NCBI GenBank assembly: GCA_963766075.1 | Contig: CAVYAN010000113.1 | Location: forward strand, 1-64,000 | Length of the DNA stretch: 64,000 bases | Reading direction: 5' to 3' | Origin: an uncultured cyanobacterium | Lineage (GTDB): Bacteria; Cyanobacteriota; Cyanobacteriia; Leptolyngbyales; Leptolyngbyaceae | Part shown: positions 20,217 through 32,919 of the stretch, in pieces | Layout of the letters: each line of letters opens with the position of its first letter | How positions within the stretch are numbered: the stretch's first letter is position 1 | The notes under the pieces: model-generated | What the model was told of the DNA's origin: nothing | Databases searched by the model: none | Seen by the model: only the letters and a program-made list of their open reading frames with translations | Translations under genes and position numbers: made by a program

Positions 20217-20680
20217 CAGTTTGTCTCAGCGGTGCGATCGGCCAATTCTTTGTATTTGGCAATCGCTGCTGCATAGGCTTGGCTGTATTCCTGTCCCCCC
20301 AGCATGACATCCCCGTAATAGTCATAGGGTTCCTTGCCGTAGATCGGCAGGGGATCATCGTCCGGATAGTCCTCACGTGCGATATCCACCGCTTCCTTCA
20401 ACTGTTTTACGGTAAGCTGCTGGGCTGGGTAATACACCAGTTTATCTGCGGGATGTTTCAAGTGTGGCAAGTGCGGGTCAATGCGGCGATCGCTCAGCTC
20501 AATCCAAGCATGTTCCAGGGGCTGACTCGCTTTGCCCGTCAATACCACAAATCCCTGCACATAGACAGCCTCACGGGTCGCTAACGCCGCTTTATAGGCA
20601 TTGTCAAAGGGCGTCTTGGCCTTGCTGCCGATCTGTTGGGCGATTTGCCGGGACAATGCTTCATCCAGTACCTTATCCAT
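20216..20680 (-). CDS. Conserved cyanobacterial hypothetical protein
   Basis: 'VYVQGF..EHAWIE..IDP..DDDPLPIYG..YYGDVMLGG'. Its stop overlaps the next start (TGATG), suggesting an operon. Confidence 0.75.
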   Translation of the reverse strand: MDKVLDEALSRQIAQQIGSKAKTPFDNAYKAALATREAVYVQGFVVLTGKASQPLEHAWIELSDRRIDPHLPHLKHPADKLVYYPAQQLTVKQLKEAVDIAREDYPDDDPLPIYGKEPYDYYGDVMLGGQEYSQAYAAAIAKYKELADRTAETN

Positions 20681-20913
20681 GCCCGTATCCATCACAGGGA
20701 ACCACAACTGACTTTACTTGAATGCACCTTTCTTTAATGCATAGTATAACCGGGTTTCAGCACGTTCTACGCCCTACTGCCCGCAGAGAACGCCCGCCAT
20801 ATTCTTTTTTCGCGGTTCTTTTTTCGCGGTTCTTTTTTCACCAAGTTTTCGGCAAGTGCTGCTGACCGCCTCTCATCATCCGCTAAAATCCCTCTATCCC
20901 TTCCCCGTGCTGT

Positions 20914-21885
20914 ATGCGATCGCTTTATCCCCCACTGGCCCCATATCGGACAGGCATGTTGCCCGTTTCCAGCCTGCATCACCTGTATTTTGAAGAGTCC
21001 GGGAATCCCCAGGGCCAACCCGTCGTGGTGTTGCACGGGGGGCCGGGGGGCGGCAGTCAGCCGGCCTATCGGCAGTATTTTGATCCCGCCCACTGGCGGA
21101 TTGTCCAGTTTGACCAACGGGGGTGTGGCCACAGCCTGCCCCATGCCGAACTGCGAGAAAATACAACCTGGGATTTGGTCGCGGATATTGAACGACTGCG
21201 ATCGCACCTACAGATTGCCCAATGGGTGGTGTTTGGCGGGAGTTGGGGCAGTACCCTCTCCCTGGCCTATAGCCAAACACATCCCGATCGCTGCCTGGGT
21301 TTAATGCTGCGCGGTATCTTCATGCTGCGGTCCACCGAAATTTCCTGGTTCTACCAGTCGGGGGCGAGCTATTTGTTTCCCGATGCCTGGGAAGCCTATC
21401 TCCACCCCATTCCCGTAGCAGAACGCCATGATTTATTAACCGCCTACTACAGGCGGCTGACGAGTCCCGATCCACAGGTCCGCCGTGCTGCCGCCCGCGC
21501 ATGGTCAATCTGGGAAGCCAGCACGAGCAAGCTCTTACCGGATCCGGGCCTGGTAGAAAAATTTGGCGAAGATCAATTTGCGGCAGCCTTTGCCCGGATT
21601 GAATGCCACTACTTTGTCAATCGAGGCTTTCTGGACACAGAGGATCAGCTCCTGAAAAATGTGGATCGTATCCGCCATCTGCCCGCCGTCATTATCCAGG
21701 GGCGATACGACGTGGTTTGCCCCATGATCACCGCGTGGGAACTGCATCACGCGTGGCCGGAAGCAGAATTTATTGTTGTTCCCGATGCTGGCCATTCCAT
21801 GACGGAACCGGGGATTCAGAGTGCGCTGATCGACACTAGCGATCGCTGGCGATCTGGAATCGCTGGCGGGATGCAGGGAGGATGA
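20914..21885 (+). CDS. pip: Proline iminopeptidase
   Basis: 'HGGPGGG', 'FDQRGCG', 'GGSWGSTL', 'GRYDVVCP', 'DAGHS'. Confidence 0.95.
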   Translation: MRSLYPPLAPYRTGMLPVSSLHHLYFEESGNPQGQPVVVLHGGPGGGSQPAYRQYFDPAHWRIVQFDQRGCGHSLPHAELRENTTWDLVADIERLRSHLQIAQWVVFGGSWGSTLSLAYSQTHPDRCLGLMLRGIFMLRSTEISWFYQSGASYLFPDAWEAYLHPIPVAERHDLLTAYYRRLTSPDPQVRRAAARAWSIWEASTSKLLPDPGLVEKFGEDQFAAAFARIECHYFVNRGFLDTEDQLLKNVDRIRHLPAVIIQGRYDVVCPMITAWELHHAWPEAEFIVVPDAGHSMTEPGIQSALIDTSDRWRSGIAGGMQGG

Positions 21886-21900
21886 GTGCGGGTGCAGGGG

Positions 21901-23623
21901 CTAGGCAAGATCGAGACTGTCAATTTCCTCTGCGGCCAGGGGCTTGGAAAATCAGATATCCCTGACCAAAGGCACAGCCCAGTTGTTGGAGCCACTGGAG
22001 TTGCTGGGTCGTTTCGATCCCTTCGGCAATGACGGCCATCTCGAGTTGATGACTGAGGGCAATAATCGTGTTGACCACTTGATAGTTGCGATTGCCGGAT
22101 TGGATTTGATTGACAAATGAGCGATCAATCTTGAGAGCATCCACGGGAAAGCGGTGTAAATAGTCCAAGGAAGAATATCCCGTGCCAAAGTCATCAATGC
22201 TGATCTGAATTTTTCGCGATTGCAATTGTTCCGTCAGGGCGATCGCCATGTGGGGATTGTCCATGATGGCGCTTTCGGTAATTTCGAGTTTCAGGTAAGC
22301 GGGGTTGACGGACTCTTCTGCCAACACCCGATCAATATCCGCTAGGAGGGTGGGACAAGCAAATTGCCGCACAGACAAGTTCACACTCATGGTTAGCTCT
22401 GTCCAGCCCCGTTGATGCCATGCCCGCAACTGCCGACAGGCCTGCTGCAATACCACCATGCCCACCGGCACAATCAGCCCAGTTTCTTCCATGCAAGGAA
22501 TAAACTCGCCCGGAGAGATCATGCCCCGATCGGGATGTTGCCAACGCACCAGGGCCTCAAACCCGCAAATTTTCTCGGTTTTGAGATCCACAATCGGCTG
22601 GTAATAGGTAATGAACTCTTGATGCGTCAGGGCCCGCTGCAAATCATTTTCGAGGGTGAGGCGATTCAACATCGCCAATGACATCTGGTGGTCAAAAAAT
22701 TGATGGCAGCCCTTACCCTGAAGCTTCGCTTTATACATCGCCGTATCCGCGTTTTGCAAGGGTTCTTCCGGCTGTTGGTATGCGCTACTGCCCAGGGCAA
22801 TGCCCATGCTGACGGTGATAAACATTTCACAATCCCCCACAATAAAGGGCGGATTAAAGCTCTGAAGCACAGCTTCGATGAAGGGCTCCAGGGCGATCGC
22901 GTCATCAACCTGAGACAGCAAAAAGCAAAACTCATCCTCCCCCATCCGTGCCAGCACATCGCCAGGGCGCAGGTGACACCGCAACCGTTCCGTAATGGCC
23001 AGCAGCAATTGATCACCAACGGCATGACCAAAAGACCCATTCACCAGCTTGAACTGATCACAGTCCAGGTAAATCACGGCAAAGGAAAAATCCTCCGCCT
23101 GCAAAGCCTCCGCGACCTTCTGCAATAAGAAGGCGCGACTGGGGAGATGGGTGAGGGCATCCTGAAAAATCATGGTTTGCAACTGGGCCGTTCGCTGTTG
23201 CACTGTTTCTTCAAGCTGGGCATTAAAGCGGGTTAATTGCTGATATTGCTGATGAATACGGAGCATCGATCGCACCCGAGCGGCCAACTCCAGGCGATGC
23301 ACGGGCTTGCCAATAAAATCATCGGCCCCGGCGGCTAAACAGCGCGCCAGATCGATTTTCGTCGAAAGGGCCGTCACCATAATGATCGGCACCGTGGCCC
23401 ATTGCGGTATGGCTTTAATGCGTTTACAGACCTCAATGCCATCCATTCCCGGCATCATCAAATCCAGCAAAATGGCATCGGGCCGCAGCCAGTCTAGGGC
23501 AGCGATCGCCGCTTGACCATTCGCGGCATAATGCAACTGATAATCCTGATCGCTCAAGAGGGCTTCAATGACATCAAAATTATCAGGTTCATCATCAACA
23601 ACGAGAATCGAGGCGTGACGCAT
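21901..23623 (-). CDS. REC-GGDEF(degenerate GEDEF)-EAL c-di-GMP phosphodiesterase; +1 frameshift at ~21952
   Basis: REC 'LVVDDE..LLDLMMP', 'RMGEDEF', 'GFEALVRW', 'DDFGTGYSSL'. Removing one A restores 'QGYLFSKPL..' with a stop at 21901. Confidence 0.88.
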
Positions 23624-23791
23624 AGCTAGAACCAGCTAAGTTTTCTAAACGTTGTAGTCATATCGCTCAGGACGAATGATGTAGGGGTGCTATTTCCGGG
23701 CCAACCTTTCCAGACTAATATTTCAAGGCCAATAATAGTGCTGGGATGAAGAGATTTTCATATAAAAAAGTTAGTAGCGATCAGAAGAGCA

Positions 23792-24882
23792 TCATCCGTT
23801 CGATGGCTGATGCGGCAAAATAATCTCAAAAATTGAGCCTTTAGGATGGTTATTTTGAACGCTAATTTGGCCCTTGTGGGCCTCAATCACCATTTTGCAA
23901 AAGGCCAATCCCAGACCAATTTGCGGAACATTCTGCATTAAAGTCGCCAATTTCATATTTCTCAAAAATTTGCTGCTGGAGCGCCTCCGGCACACCCGGA
24001 CCCGAATCCACCACCTGAATTCGGGTATGCCCCGTTGGCAGTACGTCTATCGTGATCGCAACTTGACTGTGCCGAGGCGCAAACTTAATGGCGTTGGAGA
24101 GCAAGTTATCCAACACGCGGTGAAACATGGCGGCATCCGCACAAATGCTGGCTCCACCCTCCGGCAGGTGACTCACCAACGCAATCTTTTTTTGCTCGGC
24201 AATGCCTTCAAACCCGGAAAACACGGCGGGGATTAGGTCACAGAGATCGATTTTCGTTGGGTTTAATTGCAGTTTGCCAGACTCTATTTTTGTAATCAGC
24301 AGCAGATTGTCAATGACTAGCTGGAGCTGCTGCCCAGAAAGCTTCAGTTGAGAAATCTTGGCGTGTTGCTCCTCGGGCGAGAAGTGTTGAATTTCGAGGG
24401 TGTCTAAGCCAAACAGGATAGTCGTCAGCGGATTGCGTAAATCATGTACGACGATGTGCAGCATATCTTCTCGCAATTTGAGCAGGGCTTGCAAGTTGTC
24501 GTATTGCTGCTTGATGCGGATCATGGAATGAACGCGGGAGCGGAGTTCTAGACCATTGACGGGTTTGCTAATGAAGTCATCGGCCCCGGATTTGAGACAG
24601 CGGGCTAGATCTTCTTTGGCGGTGAGGGCCGTCACCATAATGATCGGCACGGGCTGCCATTGCGGCAGGGTTTTGATGCGTTTACAGACCTCCATGCCAT
24701 CCATTCCTGGCATCATGACATCCAGCAAAATCACATCGGGCTGGAGGAACTCCAGGGAGGCGATCGCATCGGTGCCGTTGGAGGCATAGTGCAACTTGTA
24801 GCCGCGATCGGGCAGCAGGGCTTCAATCGACATCAAAGTTATCCGGTTCATCATCAATGACTAAAACAGAGGGCTTGTTCAC
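23792..24882 (-). CDS. REC-HisKA-HATPase hybrid kinase; frameshifts at ~24830 and ~23945
   Basis: GTG start 'MNKPSVLVIDDEPDNFDV', 'VHDLRNP', 'NLLSNAIKF'. The G2 box 'IGLGLAFCK' is in the 23792 frame. Confidence 0.85.
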
Positions 24883-25037
24883 GGGCTGCTATTATCCTTT
24901 TTTTGTTAAATATAATGATCTATTAAGTTATCTACTCCAGTGATTTCCGGCAAGGATTCTATCACTCCACTCAGGGTGCAAGCTGGCTCAATGAAGTCGT
25001 AGCCTGCTTTTCGCCGGGTAGCCAGTGGGTAGTTGGC

Positions 25038-28000
25038 TTAACAGAAATCGCCCAAAAGCTGCTGAATGGTGGTGACCAGTTGCTTGAGCTTGACCGGTTT
25101 CGTCAGGTAATCATCGGCTCCTGCATCTAGACATTTTTCCCGATCTCCCGTCATGGCTAACGCCGTTAGGGCCACAATGGGACTCTCCGTCAGGGCTGGT
25201 TCACGGCGAATCTGGCGCATGGCTTCTAAGCCATCCATCCCCGGCATTTGAATATCCATCAAAATCACGTCTGGCTGGTGGATTTTGGCCAGGTCAATGC
25301 GCTTCTTGACCATTGCGCGCCAATACCATGCGATAGCCCTTGGTTTTCAGGTAGCTAGAAATCGTACTGATATTGGCTTCGTTATCCTCGGCCAGTAGGA
25401 CTAGGGGCATGGCACCCAGGGTAGGAATTGGCAAGGCATCTACCGACGTGGCGACTGGCACCTGGCCCGCTGCCCGCCCAGACCGCGCTAGGGCGCTGGG
25501 TGCATAGGGCAGATCGGCGCACGGCAGATCAATGGCAAAGCAACTGCCGACCCCCGGCGCACTGGTTAACTCCACCTGCCCACCGTGGAGTTCGACGATG
25601 CGCTTGACTAAGACCAGTCCTAAGCCCGTCCCCGTGTATTGACGGTTGAGGGCACTGTCGATTTGGATGAAGGGCTGAAATAGTTTGGGGATGTTCTCGG
25701 GGGCAATGCCAATGCCGGTATCGATGACCGCAATGCGGAGGCTGGGAGGAGACACGGTGACGGGAGGCAGGATCTGGCGGAGGCCGGGAGGGGGGCAGGG
25801 GCCGGGGTGACTTCAAGGGTGATCCGTCCACCCTCGGGGGTGAATTTGACCGCATTATTGAGCAGATTAATTAACACTTGGCGAATGCGTCGTTCATCCA
25901 CCCGGAGGTCAGGCAAATGGGGCTGAAGCTTGAACTCGAGCTGGATGCGTTTTTGGAGGGCTTGCTGTTTGATAAATGTCAAACTGGAGCGGCAGAGATA
26001 GGCAGCAGAAATGGAAACGTAGTCCAGTTCGATCCGTCCGGCTTCAATTTTGGCCACGTCGAGAATGTCGTTGATCAGCTCCAGTAAATGGGAGCCGCTG
26101 CGTTCCACGGTTTTTAGGGCCTTGATCTGTGGCAGATTGACGGGGCCAAAGACACCTTCTTGGAGTGCCTCGGTCATGCCCAGAATGGCATTGAGGGGGG
26201 TGCGCAGTTCGTGGCTCATGTTGGCTAGAAATTCGTCCTTGAGGCGGGTGGCGCGGGCGAGTTCTTGGTTGGAGATGGCCAGTTGATGATTGCTCTCGGT
26301 GAGCTGGGCCTCGGCCTGTTGCCGTTCTGCCAGTTCTTGCTGGAGTTGCTCGAATAGATTGGCCTGTTGAATCGCGATCGCCAATTGGTTGGCCAGTTGT
26401 TGGGTAAAGGCAATTTCCGACGGCTGCCAGTGGCGGGTTTTGGCGCATTGATGGATACACAGTAGCCCCCACAATCCATCTGGCGTAAGCAAAGGAACTA
26501 CCAGGTTTGCCCGCACCTGAAACTGGGACAAAATCCGGATATGGCAATCTGCCAATTCAGCCTGGTGAATATCATCCACGGCATGGATTTTGCCCTCTTG
26601 ATACGCAACGGCATAGCGTTCGCCAAAACAGTGATCATGGATTTTGACTGCCATCAGAGTGTCAAAATCCGGCCCAATGGATTCGGCAACAAACTCGCCA
26701 TCGTCAAAGTTGGAGAGCGGATCAAACTTGAAAATGCCCACGCGATCGGTATTGAGAAACTGCCGGACTTCTTGCACAGCCGTATCGAAAATGGTCTGAA
26801 GGTCCAGGGATTGCCGAATCCGCTGGGTAATTTCTCGCAGCAGGAATTCCCGTTCGGCCTGTTGGCGAATGATACGCTCGGCCTGTTTGCGATCGCTAAT
26901 GTTGCGGACAAAAAAGACCACTTCATCATTGCCACAGGGGGCCACCCGCACTTCTTCATCCCGCAGGTGGCCGTCTACCCAAAGCTGCTGTTCGTAAATT
27001 TGCACCGTTTGCGTGGCGATCGCGGCCCGCAGGGCCAGGTACTGGGCTTCCACGAGCTGCGGCTGCGGCGGCATGATTTCTTCCATACGCTTGCCAATGG
27101 CTTGATGCGGCTCGGTCACATTGCCCCAACCCGGAGCCGCCAGAAAATCCTGGTATTGGCCCTGAGCGTTGACCCGAAAAACCAAGTCTGGTAGCGCCAA
27201 CAGGGTGGCTCTGGCTCGCTCCTCGCTGCGTTGCAGGGCGGCTTGAATCGCTTTGCGATCGCTAATATCCATCGCAATGCCAAACAGTCGCGTGACTTCC
27301 CCCGCCGCATTAAAAACGGGGGCGGCTTTGACAAACACATCACCCAGGGAACCATCCGCCCGCATAATTTGCAGGTCTGTTTCATAGGATTCTCCCTGGT
27401 CCAGCGCCCGCGCGACGATTTGGGCATAGCGTGCCCGCTCATCCTCTGGGAAGTGGTTCTCAAACAGTTGCTCATAGGTGGGTTCGGCGGCCTCGGGGCT
27501 AAGGCCAAAGATGCTGAAGATTTCCGCAGACCAGGTAATTTTTTGGGTCTGCACATCGAGTTCCCAACTGCCCAGATGGGCCACTTGCTGCGCCTCGCGC
27601 AGGCGCGCCTCACTCCGTTGCAACGCTGCCGTGCGCTGGGCCACTCGGTTTTCCAGATCCCGGTTCAACTGCTCTAGGGACTGTGTGGCCTGCTCTCGCT
27701 CGATCGCAATTTTGGCAATGTTGGTCACCAGAGTGACGATTTCAATTTCGCGCGCCCGTGGCCTGTGGGGTGTCCGGTGATACACCGCAAAGGTCGCCAG
27801 GACAGACCCATCGCTGGCAATAACGGGCATAGACCAGCACGATCGCAGCCCGTGGTGCAAGGCAATTTGCCGATAGTTCTGCCAAAGCGGATCCGTAGCA
27901 ATATCGGTAACAATCACCGCTTCCCGGCGAAAGGCGGCAGTGCCACAGGAACCCATGCCCTCACCCATGGCTAATCCTTCGATGCTCTGACTGTATGCCT

Positions 28001-28985
28001 TGGGCAATTGGGGAGACGCCAGGGAATGCAGCTTGCCTTGGCGATCGCACAGCAAGATGGAACAGATGCCCCCGTCGAGTTGTTCCTCCAGTTGTTCTTC
28101 GGTGGCCCGCACCAGCGCAGCTAGAATATCGGCGAGGGGTTCGGCCTTGGCAATCCGCTGCAAAATCGAATTTTGCAGTTCCAGTCGCAGTTCGGCCTGT
28201 TTGCGATCGCTAATATCCAGATGGGTCCCGGTCATCCGCAGCGGATTGCCCCCCGCATCCCATTCCACCACCTTGCCTCGGGCCAACACCCACACCCACA
28301 GGCCCAATTTATGGTGCATCCGCAGCTCGCATTCGTAGATCGGGGTTTCCTGCCGAAAGTGGCGGCCTAGGGCGATGTCGGCCTTCTGCAAATCCTCGGG
28401 ATGGGTGAGTTGTCGCCAGGTGTCAACGCTGGTGGGTGTCAGTTCCTCTAGGGTATAGCCGGAGATCTCCGCCCAGCGCTCATTGAAAGTTACCGCGCCG
28501 GTCGGCACAGACCAATCCCACAGACCAATTCCCGATCCCTCCAGGGCCAGTTGCAGCCGCTCCTTGGCTTCATCCAGGGCGATCGCATCGCGGTGATGCT
28601 TGGCCCGCAGATGCGCCTCCCGCACCTCTCGCCGCACCGCCTCTGGCAGTCGGGCCAGATTATCCTTCATCAAATAATCATGGGCCCCGGCCTTCATTAG
28701 CTTCACTGCCAAGACTTCGCCAATCGTGCCCGACACCACAATAAAGGGAATATCAAGCTGGCGTTGTTTCACAATGTCCAGAGCGGCTGGGGCATCGAAT
28801 CCCGGCAATCGGTAGTCAGAAATCAACACATCCCAGGAATCACTCGTCAACGCCTGATGCAATGCCTCTGCCGTTTCTACCCGCTCCCACACCACCGTAA
28901 ACCCATGGCGGCGCAGTTCTCGCAGCACCAACAGGGCATCGTCCACGGAGTCTTCCACAATCAACGCATGTAGGGTGTCATCCAT
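25038..28985 (-). CDS. Hybrid kinase REC-PAS-GAF-PAS-PAS-GAF(DXCF CBCR)-HisKA-HATPase-REC; frameshifts at ~25780 and ~25299
   Basis: CBCR GAF '[29 protein letters not shown]', '[10 protein letters not shown]'. The HATPase and REC continue in ORFs 25294..25755 and 25038..25313. Confidence 0.87.
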
Positions 28986-28988
28986 GGG

Positions 28989-29411
28989 TCACAATCCTTC
29001 TGGGATAGGCTGATTGATCACGGCCCAGTACAGCCCGAGCTGGCGGACAGCCTCGGTGAATTGCTCAAACCCCACGGGTTTCCGTACATAGCTGTTGGCC
29101 CCCAAGCTGTAGCTTTCGACAATATCGCGTTCTTCGCTGGAGGAGGTGAGCACCACCACCGGCAGCAGGTGGGTCGGTTCATGGGCGCGAATCCGGCGCA
29201 ACACCTCCAACCCGTCAATTTTGGGCAGCTTGAGGTCCAGCAGCACAACGCTGGGGAGCGGATTGGCGCTAAACAACATCGTCAGGGCTTCTTCGCCATT
29301 GCGGGCGACGAGAATTGGATTCGCAATATTGCCCTGCCGGAGCGCCCGGATGGTCAAGCGTTCATCATCGGGGTTATCTTCAATCAATAGGATGGCCCGC
29401 AGATCAGTCAT
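28989..29411 (-). CDS. Single-domain response regulator (Rcp1-like)
   Basis: 'LLIEDNPDD', 'LLDLKLPKIDG', 'LTSSSEERD', 'GANSYVRKPV', 'YWAVIN'. Confidence 0.93.
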   Translation of the reverse strand: MTDLRAILLIEDNPDDERLTIRALRQGNIANPILVARNGEEALTMLFSANPLPSVVLLDLKLPKIDGLEVLRRIRAHEPTHLLPVVVLTSSSEERDIVESYSLGANSYVRKPVGFEQFTEAVRQLGLYWAVINQPIPEGL

Positions 29412-29414
29412 AAT

Positions 29415-32400
29415 CTAAGCTCCTGTCCTCGTCGATGGATTGGGAATCGTGAAATACAGGGTTGCCCCTTGCTCAACGGCTCCTTCTGCCCAGACGCGCC
29501 CGCCGTGGCGATGGATCACCCGCTGCACCGTTGCTAGACCAATGCCCGTGCCCGGAAACTCGTGGGTATTGTGAAGGCGTTGAAAGACGCCAAACAGCAT
29601 GTTGGTATAGGCCATATTAAAGCCTGCCCCATCGTCGCGGATAAAGTAGGTGCGTTGTTCCTCGTCCTGAATGACTCCAAATTCAATCTGGGCAGTGGGG
29701 TGGTGGCTGGTAAATTTCCAGGCATTTTGCAGCAGGTTGTTGATCACAACGCGCATGAGGTTGACATCGGCAAAAACCATCACGCCCGATTTCACTATCA
29801 CTGTAACCTGTCTCTCTGGCTCTAATGATTGCAATTCTTGGACCTGTTCCTGGACCAACGCACTGAGGTCCACGCGGCTGTATTGCATGTCCGACCGGGA
29901 AACGCGGGAGAGGCGCAGCAGGTCATCAATCAGCATGCCCATGCGGGTCACGTTTTTGCGGATGCGATCGAAGTAGTCTTTGCCGTCCTCGCCAACTTGA
30001 TCGCCATAGTCTTCCAATAGTGCGCGGCTAAAGCCGTCGATCGCCCGCAACGGCGATCGCAGATCGTGGGAAACGGAGTAGGCAAAGGCTTCCAACTCCT
30101 GATTGGAGGTGGCGAGTTGGGCCGTGGTTTGCTGGAGTTTCACCTCCGCCTCTTTTTGCGCGCTCATGTCGTAATTAATGCCAATCATCCGCTGAGGGGC
30201 ACCCTGGGCATTGCGCTGCACCAATGCGTAGGCTTTGATGAAGCGGAGGGTGCCATCGGCCTGCACAATCCGAAATTCTGGATCGTACTCTTTTTCTCCT
30301 GACAGGGCTTTCTGGATAGCCGCTTCGGTGGCGGCGCGATCGTCCGGGTGGAGACAGTTGGCCCAGGCATCGTAGATATTCGTGAACTGATCGGGGGTGA
30401 GGCCATACAGTTCATACATCCGGTCATCCCAGGTGAGGATATTTTCCGTGACGTTCCAATCCCAGATGCCGATCGCGCCCGACTTGACGGCCAGGGTGAG
30501 GCGATCGGACAGATTACGCAGTTCGGCTTCGATTCGTTTGAGATCGGTAATATCGAGGACCGTACCCACCAGATGGGTGACTTGGCCCGCCGCATCGACA
30601 ATCGGCTCTCCCCGCGCTTGAATATGCCGCAGCGCGCCACTGGGCCGGTAAAACTGGTACTCGATCTCGTAGGGCTGGGCCGTTTCCAGGGCCGCTTGGA
30701 CCACGGACTGGTGATAGTCGCGATCGCTGGGGAGCAACTGCTGCTGAAGTTCCTCAAAGCTCGGTGGCCCATCCTCTGGATTGCGCCCAAAGATGCTAAA
30801 AACTTCCTCCGACCAAATAATTTCCTGGGTGAGGGCGGCAAATTCCCAGCTTCCCAATTTGCCAATGCGCTGCGCTGTTTTGAGATGGGCATCACTCTTG
30901 CGGAGTTGTTCTTCGGCTTGTTTGCGATCGCTGATGTCGATATGGCAGCCAATCATCCGCAACGGTCGGCCCGCCGCATCCCATTGAATCACTTGCCCAG
31001 AACAGATTATCCAGACCGTGGATCCATCCCGATGGCGATACCGCACTTCGTTGTAGTAGGGAACTTGGCCGTGACTCTGAACGTGGCGATCGAAACAGCG
31101 CAGCACGCTAGGTAAATCTTCGGGAAAGATCAGGCGCTGCCAGGTTTCGGGTCGGTTAGGCAATTCCTCCTCCTCATAGCCAAACATGCGCTTGAAGCCG
31201 GGACTGAAGTACTCGGAGTGGGTTTGCAAATCCCAATCCCAATAGCCCGCTAGGATAATATCCAGAATATTCTCTAGCAGTTTTAGCTCCTGACGAACGT
31301 GTTCCGCTTGCCAGCGATCGGCTTCCGCTTGTTTGCGATCGCTGATATCCGTTACGGTGCCCACATAACCAACGAGTTCCCCCGCCGCCGTCCACTCGGC
31401 CACCGCTTGTCCAAACACCCAAGTGATCTGCCCGTCTGCATTTTGAAACCGATGCTCTAGGCGATAGGGGCGGTTTTCCTGGACCGCCGTGTACCAGGCA
31501 GTGGAAACAAGTTCTCGATCCTCCGGATGAATGCCCTTGATCCAGCCAAGGCCCAGGGCCTGTTCTGGGGTCAATCCCGAAATCTGGCACCAGCGCTCAT
31601 TCACATAGAGGCAGTGCCCCGCCGCATCGGTTTTAAAAATCCCCACTGGAGCCATTTTGGTCAGAGTGGCGTAGCGCTGTTCGCTGGCACGCAGCTTGAC
31701 CTCAATGCGCTGACGTTCAGCCAGTTCGTCCCGGGCCTGCTGGTAGGCGGCGGCCTGCTGGAGGGCGATCGCAATTTGCACCACCAGTTGATCCAGCAAC
31801 TCTAGATCCGTCACTTGCCACTCGCGGAAATCGGCACATTGGTGGGCAATCAACAGGCCCCAGAGTTGATCCCGCACCAAGATCGGGGCGACCAGATTGG
31901 CCTTGACCTGAAACCGTTCCAGCAAGCGCACATGGCACGGAGTGAGACCCGCCTGATAGATATTGGCGATCGCGCGATGCTTCCCGGTGCGATAGTCGCC
32001 CCCGGCATTTCCCTGAAAACAGGTATCCTGAATCTGGATGCCCAGGGCTGCTGTCCAACCGGGTAGCACCGCCTCCGAAAGGATCGTGCCACTCATGTCG
32101 GGCTGAAATTGGTAGATCAGCACGCGGTCTGCGCTCAGAAACTGCTGCACCTCGGTCACCGTAGTTGCCAAAATCTCCTCAAGCTGGAGCGACTGGCGAA
32201 TACACAGGGCAATCCGGTGGACTAATGCCTCCCGATTCGCCTGAATTTGGATGGCGGCGGTGCGCTGTTCCACCTGCTGCTCTAACTGCTCTTCTAACGG
32301 CTGCTCTAACGGCTGCTCTAATTGCACCGTGTCGGGTTTCTAGGGGCTGGCCCTGCTCTGCCGCGCGCTGGAGCACAGTCTGGGCCACCGCAGTCTGGGC

Positions 32401-32919
32401 CACCGCAGTCTGGGCCACCGCAGTCTGGGCCAAGAGTGTTGTCAAGGTGAGCACGCCGACGATCCGGCCATCATCATCCAGTACAGGCACGGATTGCCCC
32501 TGCTGTTGCAAGAGTGTCACTGCCGCACTCCAATCGGGCAGAGCCGACTCTCGCACGGTCACGCTGGGGGAAGTCATCACGGCACCTACGGTTGAACCTT
32601 CTAAGGCGAATGCCGAATTGAGCGATGGATCGCCACTCAGTGACACACTCAGCCGCACAATATCCCGTTCGGTCACCATCCCCAGGAATTGTTCCCCCGC
32701 AACGACCAAGACACAGCCTGCGCGGGCTTCATCGTGCAGAGTATCCCGCAGATCATTCCGGCGGCGATCGCGCGAACTGGATGCGGTTTGGGCGGCTCGA
32801 AGTGCGGCCATTTGGGCGATCGCCGCACCCACTGTCGTCTCTGGAGGCACAGTAAGGGGATTGCGGACAATTGCGGACTGGAGATCAGTTGGGGTCAGCG
32901 GGGTGGCTGTGGGGTTCAT
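29415..32919 (-). CDS. CBS-CBS-GAF(DXCF CBCR)-4xPAS-histidine kinase (Cph1-type transmitter); frameshift at ~32330
   Basis: CBS pair 'GMVTERDIVR..VGAVMTSP..PVLDDDGRIVGVLT'; GAF 'IQDTCF..LTPCH..KANLVAP'; 'YSVSHDLRSPLRAIDGF', 'FQRLH..FPGTGIGLA'. The start overlaps the upstream stop (ATGA). Confidence 0.87.
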
